From: Cytophagaceae bacterium
GTDB taxonomy: Bacteria; Bacteroidota; Bacteroidia; Cytophagales; Spirosomataceae
Direction of reading: 5' to 3'
Assembly: GCA_947471105.1 (NCBI GenBank)
Contig: CANIYB010000001.1
Coordinates: forward strand, 1 to 36,540
Length of the DNA: 36,540 bases
Shown here: one piece after another, positions 18,681-26,134 of the stretch
Layout of the letters: every line of letters starts with the position of its first letter
How positions within the stretch are numbered: the stretch's first letter is position 1
Position numbers and translations under genes: made by a program
The notes under the pieces: model-generated
Database searches by the model: none
The model's input: the letters and a program-made list of their open reading frames with translations, nothing else
What the model was told of the DNA's origin: nothing

Positions 18681-19443
18681 ACATTTTTGCATTGACAATA
18701 CCATCCCAAAGTTTAATTCTGGCCTCTAACGAATTGATCGCTGCCTGTGTAGCGCGTGCCCAGGCTTTTGGGTCATCTTGACACAATTGAGATACCATGG
18801 ATGTTGCTAATGCAGAATGATGACCTCCATCCACTTCAATATGCCTTTCCAAATAATAGGTCAATGTTTTTATCTTATCAGGAGATTGTACTCTTAATTG
18901 ATTTAATATGAGTTGAAACATTTCCGGAATCAAATCTTCTCGGCCAAAAGTAAAAATAGCGGAAATTTCTTCAATCTTCCCGTTTAAAATACTTGAAAAA
19001 GTAAAGGTTAAGAAATCCTTAATGCTTTGTGGTAAATCAATTGAAGGAAGGGCAATCAGAAACTCCTCAACTGATTTAAACTGTTTAAAAGTTGACAAAG
19101 CAGGAGGGACCATAATGGCTAGTTCATCCATAGCTCTCAAATATAAATCAAAATGACTGATATAGCCACCGTTAGGATCAATATCAGATTCTTCTCCTAA
19201 AACAATTTCATTAATCAAATACCTAGTTTCACCCGATCCCTTTGGAAACCATAATGAATCTACAGAAGTTAACTCAACTTGTAACTTTTTGACTAAAGAC
19301 ATAAAATCCCAAACTGCAAATATATGATGCTGCATGAAAACAGATAAATGTTCATGAGAAATGATATAAGAATTAATTGGATGATTTCTTAAAACCTTTT
19401 TATAAGGTTCAATGCTTTTTTGTAATTCAATTAAATGCGACAT
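18679..19443 (-). CDS. DUF3050 protein (heme-oxygenase-like diiron oxidase superfamily)
   Basis: FMQHHIFAVWDFMSL, INEIVLGEESD, SHFDLYL, FGREDLIP, YLERHIEVDGGHH. Confidence 0.85.
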   Translation of the reverse strand: MSHLIELQKSIEPYKKVLRNHPINSYIISHEHLSVFMQHHIFAVWDFMSLVKKLQVELTSVDSLWFPKGSGETRYLINEIVLGEESDIDPNGGYISHFDLYLRAMDELAIMVPPALSTFKQFKSVEEFLIALPSIDLPQSIKDFLTFTFSSILNGKIEEISAIFTFGREDLIPEMFQLILNQLRVQSPDKIKTLTYYLERHIEVDGGHHSALATSMVSQLCQDDPKAWARATQAAINSLEARIKLWDGIVNAKM

Positions 19444-19445
19444 TT

Positions 19446-20495
19446 TTAATTCGTATGAATGGATTTTATTCTATTTTTCAATGAACTACCGTCTCTTGAA
19501 CTATTAAAAGCAATAATTTCAGAAACGATGGATAACGCAATTTCATTAGGACCTTCAGCACCAATATCTAAACCAATAGGGCCAAAAAATGACATATCCT
19601 TTATATTAACAGACAAAATTTCTAATTGTTTTATAATCTTTTGCATTCTTTTTAATGGACCTAAAATTCCAATGTAACCTTTAAAATTGACTGAAGTTAA
19701 ATGTTTAACAATGGCCACATCTCGATCAAAATCATGTGTCATTAACACAATAACATCATTATTTTTAAATGTGAATTCATCATCCCAATGAAAATATGAT
19801 TGAACCTTATCCTTTAATAAAGCATTCATTTTTAATGGATTACCGACCCAACAAACATCCCAAGAAAGAAAATGACAAAGTTCAATCAAGCTTGACGAAT
19901 CAAATAAATTTCCATAAAGCACAATCCTGGGTATTACTGGCAAATGTTCGACAAATAATATCTCATTTTCGAATACTTTAACCTTGGATTGATGATGATT
20001 TAATACTTGGTCTGCTTCTTCATTTGATAGAGCAGAAACAAAAGGATTAGTGGGGTTAATCGTTACAAAAGCAGAATTTGTAGAATTTATAGGAAAAGAA
20101 TGTTCAAGTATTGTTGGATTCGAACTTTCAATATGTGTATTAAGCAATTCAAATAATAATTTTGCATATTCTACATCTGGGCTAATTAAAATTTCGATAA
20201 GACCATTGCATCCTAATCCCACACCTAATTCAAAAGGATCATCTTCTCGAGTATCATACTTGACTAATTTATTTTGATTGGAAAGCATTGACAGTTGGGC
20301 CTTTTTTAGCATATCACCTTCAAGGCAACCGCCGCTTATTCCTCCGTGCCAATCACCATTTTCATTAATTAACATCCTAGCACCAGGTCGCCGATAAGCT
20401 GAACCATCTACGTTGACAACAGTGGCTATAGCAAATTTGACACCGGATTGAATGTATAATGAAAGTTGGCCCACAAATAATTTGATCTCTTTCAC
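19446..20495 (-). CDS. xdhC: XdhC/CoxI family molybdenum cofactor sulfuration/insertion chaperone
   Basis: GSAYRRPGARM, ISGGCLE, GLGCNG, MTHDFDRD, YIGILGP, PIGLDIGAEGPNEIALSI; GTG start overlaps the upstream TGA. Confidence 0.88.
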   Translation of the reverse strand: MKEIKLFVGQLSLYIQSGVKFAIATVVNVDGSAYRRPGARMLINENGDWHGGISGGCLEGDMLKKAQLSMLSNQNKLVKYDTREDDPFELGVGLGCNGLIEILISPDVEYAKLLFELLNTHIESSNPTILEHSFPINSTNSAFVTINPTNPFVSALSNEEADQVLNHHQSKVKVFENEILFVEHLPVIPRIVLYGNLFDSSSLIELCHFLSWDVCWVGNPLKMNALLKDKVQSYFHWDDEFTFKNNDVIVLMTHDFDRDVAIVKHLTSVNFKGYIGILGPLKRMQKIIKQLEILSVNIKDMSFFGPIGLDIGAEGPNEIALSIVSEIIAFNSSRDGSSLKNRIKSIHTN

Positions 20496-21622
20496 ACCAA
20501 TAGTTTGCTTAACTTCTCTTTTAAATAGTGGATTAAAAAATCAATTTCATTTTCAGTCGTCATATAACTTAATGAAATCCGTAGCGTACTTAAAGCTAAA
20601 TCTCTTTTGTGTCCCAAAGCCGTCAAAACATGCGATGGATTTGTAGACTTAACATTGCAGGCCGAACCATTAGAAACAGCGATTGCTGTTAAGGAATTGA
20701 ATAAATCTTCCCAATGAACTCCGTAAATTGAAATACTAAGTAGGGTGGATATATTATGAGGACTATTAGAATTGATCAAAATGTGATTATTGAAATTACT
20801 CAAAAGTATATCCTTAATCTTACGGTTAAAATTACGAAGTGTTTCATCAAAACTTAATATCTCTGGTATAAAGGTAAAAGCGTAGCCTAGACCTACAATG
20901 AGCGGTACTGGTAAAGTTCCAGACCTAATGCCTCGTTCTTGTCCACCACCATCAAAAAGGGGGCTAATTGTACAATTACTATTGATTATTAAGCCCCCAA
21001 TTCCTTTGGGAGCATATATTTTATGTCCTGAAAAACTCATTAAATGAGGTAAATTATTTACGTCCAATTTGATTTTTCCAATGGCCTGTGTCACATCAGA
21101 ATGAAAACATATGGAGTGGGAATCACATATCTCTTTAAATCCTACATAATCAGAAATAGTCCCTATTTCATTGTTCACCATCATAAGAGACACTAATAAG
21201 GTATCAGTTTGAATGGCATTTAACAACGCATCTTTCGTGATTTGACCCACTTCATTGGGAATCAAATAAGTAACAGAATAGCCTTCCTTTTCTAATTGAA
21301 TAAATATTTCGAGTATCGCCTTATGTTCAATAATTGAGGTAATTAAATGACCTTTCGATTTACCTTTTAAATAACCTTTAATGGCTAAATTATTTGATTC
21401 TGTTGCACCTGAGGTGTAAATGATGGCACTTGGCTTTACATTAAAATAATCTGCCATTTGATTTCTGGACAAATCAATGGCTTCTTGTGCTAACCAACCA
21501 AAATGATGCAAATTAGATCCAGCGTTGCCATAAACAGTAGAAAAATAAGGCAACATCTTATTTAATACTTCCGAACGAACTGGAGTAGTAGAAGCATAAT
21601 CGAAATAGGTAGGTAAATTCAT
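20492..21622 (-). CDS. Cysteine desulfurase (IscS/NifS group I)
   Basis: YFDYASTTP, TSGATESNN, EHKAI, NNEIG, SGHKIYAPKG (PLP Lys), SNGSAC (catalytic Cys). Confidence 0.92.
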   Translation of the reverse strand: MNLPTYFDYASTTPVRSEVLNKMLPYFSTVYGNAGSNLHHFGWLAQEAIDLSRNQMADYFNVKPSAIIYTSGATESNNLAIKGYLKGKSKGHLITSIIEHKAILEIFIQLEKEGYSVTYLIPNEVGQITKDALLNAIQTDTLLVSLMMVNNEIGTISDYVGFKEICDSHSICFHSDVTQAIGKIKLDVNNLPHLMSFSGHKIYAPKGIGGLIINSNCTISPLFDGGGQERGIRSGTLPVPLIVGLGYAFTFIPEILSFDETLRNFNRKIKDILLSNFNNHILINSNSPHNISTLLSISIYGVHWEDLFNSLTAIAVSNGSACNVKSTNPSHVLTALGHKRDLALSTLRISLSYMTTENEIDFLIHYLKEKLSKLLV

Positions 21623-21649
21623 TTGTTACTAAGACTAGTAACAAAGATA
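21622..21649 (-). promoter_or_regulatory. -7 promoter element (TATCTTTG, 21642-21649) overlapped by a 10-bp perfect inverted repeat (21622-21645)
   Basis: TTTGTTACTA-agac-TAGTAACAAA runs from the A of the desulfurase ATG into the TAnnTTTG element. Confidence 0.55.
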
Positions 21650-21654
21650 AGTGT

Positions 21655-21691
21655 AAAAAAAAAGTCCCGAATGTTTCCGGGACTTTTTTTT
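21655..21691 (-). terminator. Intrinsic terminator after rplT
   Basis: On the - strand: AAAGTCCCG-gaaacatt-CGGGACTTT followed by a T run, directly after the rplT stop. Confidence 0.9.
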
Positions 21692-22034
21692 ATGATAATT
21701 TGGATAGAACAGCTTTGAAAGCATCAGGATGGTTCATGGCTAAATCTGCGAGTACTTTGCGATTTAATGTCATACCTGATTTGTTATACTTACCCATGAA
21801 AGCTGAATAGGATAATCCTTCTTGCCTAGCTGCAGCATTAATACGCTGTATCCAAAGTCCACGAAAATCTCTTTTCTTAACTTTACGATCGCGATATGCA
21901 TATTGCAAACCTTTTTCTACTTTGTTTTTAGCGACAGTCCAAACATTTTTCCCTCTTCCGAAAAATCCCTTCGCTAATTTTAAAATCTTTTTCCTCCTAG
22001 CTCTTGAAGCTACATGATTGACACTACGTGGCAT
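21690..22034 (-). CDS. rplT: 50S ribosomal protein L20
   Basis: [47 protein letters not shown]. Confidence 0.99.
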   Translation of the reverse strand: MPRSVNHVASRARRKKILKLAKGFFGRGKNVWTVAKNKVEKGLQYAYRDRKVKKRDFRGLWIQRINAAARQEGLSYSAFMGKYNKSGMTLNRKVLADLAMNHPDAFKAVLSKLS

Positions 22035-22051
22035 AACTAAATTTGTTTTTT

Positions 22052-22094
22052 GAATTCAGGCGGCTCATTTCGAACACTTTTTTTGCCTTAATTC
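22052..22094 (-). ncRNA. Candidate structured cis-regulatory RNA in the rpmI-rplT spacer (putative L20 leader)
   Basis: On the - strand GAAUUAAGGC pairs with GCCUGAAUUC (one A.G mismatch), enclosing an A-rich loop and a small GUUC-gaaau-GAGC hairpin; ends 17 nt before the rplT AUG. Confidence 0.4.
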
Positions 22095-22119
22095 TGGTTG
22101 AACAATAACTAATAACTGA

Positions 22120-22317
22120 TTATGAAAGTCCTAATAATAAACTTACACGACCCATATCAGAAGGGGAAACTAACGTAGCGTGAACTAAATTACGCTTTTG
22201 CTTAGTTGTTTTTTTTGTTAGGATGTGGCTATGAAAAGCATGCTTACGCTTTATTTTACCAGTTCCTGTAACTTTGAAACGCTTTTTTGCTCCAGAGTTG
22301 GTTTTAATTTTTGGCAT
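22120..22317 (-). CDS. rpmI: 50S ribosomal protein L35
   Basis: [36 protein letters not shown]; start set at ATG 22317 (65 aa) rather than 22380. Confidence 0.98.
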   Translation of the reverse strand: MPKIKTNSGAKKRFKVTGTGKIKRKHAFHSHILTKKTTKQKRNLVHATLVSPSDMGRVSLLLGLS

Positions 22318-22349
22318 TCTATTAAGTATTAAATGTAAAAATTGGAATG

Positions 22350-22357
22350 CAAAAGTA
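22350..22357 (-). promoter_or_regulatory. -7 element upstream of rpmI
   Basis: TACTTTTG matches TAnnTTTG in the infC-rpmI spacer. Confidence 0.5.
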
Positions 22358-22392
22358 AAAAAATTACCTTGAAATTCCACTATATAAATAAA

Positions 22393-22953
22393 TTATTTCT
22401 TTTGAGCTTTGGGTGTAAATATGATGCTCATTCGCTTTCCCTCTAATTTTGGCATATCATCAGGTTTGCCCACTTCTTCAAGTCCCTTTGCAAAATTCAG
22501 TAATAGCATTTCGCCTCTTTCTTTGAATACAATTGTTCTACCTACGAAATGCACATATGCCTTAACCTTAGCACCTTCTTTAAGAAAATTAACAGCATGC
22601 TTTAATTTGAAATTAAAATCATGTTCATCTGTATTGGGACCAAACCGAATTTCCTTGATGACTGTTTTGGTTGCATTTGCCTTAATTTCCTTTTGCTTTT
22701 TCTTTTGATCATACTTGAATTTAGCATAATCAATCACTTTGCAAACGGGTGGAACAGCATTGGGGGAGATTTCAACTAAATCTAAACTCTGTGCTTCTGC
22801 TAGTTCAATAGCTTTAGAGAATGGATAAACACCTTGTTCAATATTTTCTCCTACTAATCTAACTTCTTCTACTCCACGAATTAATTGATTAATTCGATAA
22901 GGTTCTTCTTCTCTTCTATTTCCTCGGTAATTGTTATTGGGGCGTAAAGCCAT
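22393..22953 (-). CDS. infC: Translation initiation factor IF-3
   Basis: [44 protein letters not shown]; thrS-infC-rpmI-rplT synteny. Confidence 0.98.
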   Translation of the reverse strand: MALRPNNNYRGNRREEEPYRINQLIRGVEEVRLVGENIEQGVYPFSKAIELAEAQSLDLVEISPNAVPPVCKVIDYAKFKYDQKKKQKEIKANATKTVIKEIRFGPNTDEHDFNFKLKHAVNFLKEGAKVKAYVHFVGRTIVFKERGEMLLLNFAKGLEEVGKPDDMPKLEGKRMSIIFTPKAQKK

Positions 22954-23020
22954 AAATTATTGTTTGTTTTTAATGTTTTATTAAATCAATTCGAAATCTA
23001 GTTCAAAAATCACGTATTTG

Positions 23021-23028
23021 CAAACTTA
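23021..23028 (-). promoter_or_regulatory. -7 element upstream of infC
   Basis: TAAGTTTG matches TAnnTTTG in the thrS-infC spacer. Confidence 0.5.
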
Positions 23029-23060
23029 TACCTGCTATCCTAGGTAAAATAACTAAATAA

Positions 23061-25001
23061 TCAATTTTCATAAGTTAGTTGGCTCATTTCTTCCTGAGCC
23101 AAATTCATAAATGCCTCAATAGTCATTGAGCCTAAATCTCCTTGATTCTTTTTTCTTACACTGATCATTCCTTCCGCTTGTTCTTTTTCACCCACTACAA
23201 TCATAAAAGGAACCTTACTTACTTCTGCATCCCGTATTTTTCGACCTATTTTCTCATCACGATGATCTACATATCCACGCAAATCTTTTTCTTGAAGTCT
23301 TAAATAAATCTCATTGGCATAATCTTCGTACTTTTCAGAGATAGGTAAAACGGCCAATTGATCAGGGGAAAGCCACAATGGGAAATTACCTGCTGTATTT
23401 TCAATTAATATCGCTACAAATCTTTCAAGAGAACCAAATGGGGCTCTATGAATCATGACTGGTCTATGCTTTTGATTATCTGAACCCGTATACTCCAATT
23501 CAAATCGTTGAGGTAATTGATAATCCACTTGAATCGTGCCCAACTGCCATTTTCTACCTAAAGCATCTTTGACCATAAAATCTAGTTTAGGGCCATAAAA
23601 TGCTGCCTCTCCATATTCAATAGTGGTGGGTAATCCTTTTTCCTTGGCAGATTTTATAATGGATTCTTCAGCGCGATTCCAATCATCATCATTACCTATA
23701 TATTTTTCTCTGTTAACCTTATCCCTTAAAGATATTTGTGCTGAATATTGGTCAAAACCAAGCGCCTTAAACACATACAAAACTAAGTCAATGACTTTCA
23801 TGAACTCATCCTCAACTTGATCTGGGCGACAAAATATATGAGCATCATCTTGTGTAAATCCCCTTACTCGGGTCAATCCATGTAATTCTCCTGATTGCTC
23901 ATACCGATAAACCGTACCAAATTCTGCTAAACGCAAAGGTAAATCCTTATAACTCCTTGGCTTCGTTTTATAGATCTCGCAATGATGCGGGCAATTCATT
24001 GGTTTTAGAAAAAACTCTTCATTTTCATCTGGCGTATGAATAGGCTGAAATGAATCTTTCCCGTATTTAGCATAATGCCCTGAAGTCACATAAAGTTCTT
24101 TACTAGCAATGTGAGGGGTAATGACAGGTGAATATCCGGCACGGACTTGAGCGCGTCTTAAAAAATTCTCTAGTCTTTCGCGTAAGATAGTGCCCTTAGG
24201 TAGCCATAATGGCAAACCTAAACCCACCTTTTCTGAAAAAGCGAATAATTCTAGTTCTTTCCCTAATTTTCGATGGTCACGTTTTTTTGATTCTTCTAGC
24301 AAAGTCAAATATTCCTCCAATTCCTTTGCCTTTGGAAATGTGATTGCATAAATACGCGTCATTTGCTTGCGCTTTTCATCGCCTCGCCAATAAGCGCCTG
24401 CCACACTTAAAACTTTAACTGCTTTGATAAAGCTAGTGCTTGGAATATGGGGACCCTTACATAAATCAGTGAAATTACCTTGAGAATAAAAAGTAATATC
24501 ACCATCAGACAAGCCCTCCAAAAGCTCTAGCTTATACTCATCCTTTTTTAAGGTAAAATATTGAACCGCATCTTTTTTTGAAATTTCTTTTCGAACATAA
24601 TCTAGTTTCAGTCGAGCTAATTCTAGCATTTTATCTTCTATTGCCTTGAAATTTTCTTGGCCAAATTCCTGATCACCTAAGTCAATATCATAATAGAATC
24701 CATTTTCAATCGCAGGACCAATACCAAACTTTGTTCCTGGATATAAATATTCGATGGCCTCGGCTAATAAATGCGCCGAAGAATGCCAAAAGGTTTTTTT
24801 ACCTTCTACATCATTCCAAGTAAGTAATTGCAAATTAGAATCTAAGACAATAGGAGTGGAGGAATCTACCACTTGATCATTCAATTTTGCTGCTAACACA
24901 TTCCGTGCTAATCCTTCTGATATACTTAACGCAATATCCATTGGCGTGATACCTTTCGAATATTCTTTAATTTGTCCGTCTGGAAAAATAATTTTAATCA
25001 T
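23061..25001 (-). CDS. thrS: Threonine--tRNA ligase
   Basis: TGS domain, [54 protein letters not shown]. Confidence 0.99.
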   Translation of the reverse strand: MIKIIFPDGQIKEYSKGITPMDIALSISEGLARNVLAAKLNDQVVDSSTPIVLDSNLQLLTWNDVEGKKTFWHSSAHLLAEAIEYLYPGTKFGIGPAIENGFYYDIDLGDQEFGQENFKAIEDKMLELARLKLDYVRKEISKKDAVQYFTLKKDEYKLELLEGLSDGDITFYSQGNFTDLCKGPHIPSTSFIKAVKVLSVAGAYWRGDEKRKQMTRIYAITFPKAKELEEYLTLLEESKKRDHRKLGKELELFAFSEKVGLGLPLWLPKGTILRERLENFLRRAQVRAGYSPVITPHIASKELYVTSGHYAKYGKDSFQPIHTPDENEEFFLKPMNCPHHCEIYKTKPRSYKDLPLRLAEFGTVYRYEQSGELHGLTRVRGFTQDDAHIFCRPDQVEDEFMKVIDLVLYVFKALGFDQYSAQISLRDKVNREKYIGNDDDWNRAEESIIKSAKEKGLPTTIEYGEAAFYGPKLDFMVKDALGRKWQLGTIQVDYQLPQRFELEYTGSDNQKHRPVMIHRAPFGSLERFVAILIENTAGNFPLWLSPDQLAVLPISEKYEDYANEIYLRLQEKDLRGYVDHRDEKIGRKIRDAEVSKVPFMIVVGEKEQAEGMISVRKKNQGDLGSMTIEAFMNLAQEEMSQLTYEN

Positions 25002-25024
25002 CCTGTCTAATTTTACGCAAGTTA

Positions 25025-25032
25025 CAAATTTA
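25025..25032 (-). promoter_or_regulatory. -7 element upstream of thrS
   Basis: TAAATTTG matches TAnnTTTG, about 23 nt upstream of the thrS ATG. Confidence 0.55.
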
Positions 25033-25042
25033 CCCCCAAAAA

Positions 25043-26134
25043 TTAAGGCCTAATCGTCAATAAAGAATCTTTGACTACTAAGTTGGAGTCCACTGAAATC
25101 CCAAAATGTTTCGTTTTCAATTGATAAAATCGATTATCATTTTTCAAAAATAGCTTAACTGAATCCATCATAGATTTATAGTGTAAATTATCTCCCAAGT
25201 ATAAATAACACTTTGATTTTAAAAATGGAACGTCAATAAAAAATTGCAAATCCGGCTTTATTTTATTCAAATAAATTAAAGCGGATGGGTAATTTCTTTG
25301 TAACATATAAAACTTACCTATCTCTAAATTTAGATTATCATTTTGTTCAAATAGATTAAGCGCTTTTTGATAATTTAATTCAGCCAATTTAAATTGATTT
25401 ATTTTACTTAGAAATCTAGCCCAGAATCGAAGAAGATAGGGATCATTTGGATACTCATTGATCACTTTTAACAATTGATTTTGATACAAATATTTAGAGG
25501 TATAATCCATCGCGTTTTCAAAATAAATTCTTTGCAACCTAACATCTTGAATACTTTTATCATCAAATCTATTGATTAAATTAGCTTTTGGAATTTGAAT
25601 TGGAAGACTTAAATTACTTAAAACAGTATAGTAAAACTGATCCTTTGGGGATAAATCATTTTTTCTAATTTGATTTAAATAATAAGTAGCCAATTTTGAA
25701 TTATTAAGTTTTAATGATGCTTCGGCTAAGAAAAAAAAGATTCGCGAATGGTTCTTTTCGTTTGACTTAATTAAATTAAAATAATTTAAAGCCGCAGTAT
25801 ATTTCTCTAAATTTAAGGCAATCTGACCCGCTAATAATACATAATCAAAGTCTCTGGGACTTGATTTAAGTGCCATCTGAATATCCACATTTGCTTTTTT
25901 ATATTGGCGAGATTCAAATAGATATTTAGCACGTAAAAAATACAAATGTGCCGGTGAACCCTCTTCAATAATTTGATTTAAATATGCGATCGCTTTTTGA
26001 TTTTGACCTTTTTCATTACCTAATATGGAGGATATGTATTTTTGATCTGGAATATCTTCACCTTTAAAATCCTGTCTAGGTTCACAGGAAAGGGAACAAA
26101 AGATGACAAAAATTAGTAGAAATTTTTCCTTCAT
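25043..26134 (-). CDS. Tetratricopeptide-repeat lipoprotein
   Basis: Lipoprotein-like signal [17 protein letters not shown]; TPR-like helices [54 protein letters not shown]-coupled to the upstream gene. Confidence 0.75.
   Translation of the reverse strand: MKEKFLLIFVIFCSLSCEPRQDFKGEDIPDQKYISSILGNEKGQNQKAIAYLNQIIEEGSPAHLYFLRAKYLFESRQYKKANVDIQMALKSSPRDFDYVLLAGQIALNLEKYTAALNYFNLIKSNEKNHSRIFFFLAEASLKLNNSKLATYYLNQIRKNDLSPKDQFYYTVLSNLSLPIQIPKANLINRFDDKSIQDVRLQRIYFENAMDYTSKYLYQNQLLKVINEYPNDPYLLRFWARFLSKINQFKLAELNYQKALNLFEQNDNLNLEIGKFYMLQRNYPSALIYLNKIKPDLQFFIDVPFLKSKCYLYLGDNLHYKSMMDSVKLFLKNDNRFYQLKTKHFGISVDSNLVVKDSLLTIRP

Noticed and set aside
22318-22380. 21-aa N-terminal extension of L35
   Set aside because: L35 proteins begin MPK, and the extension covers the spacer containing a promoter motif.
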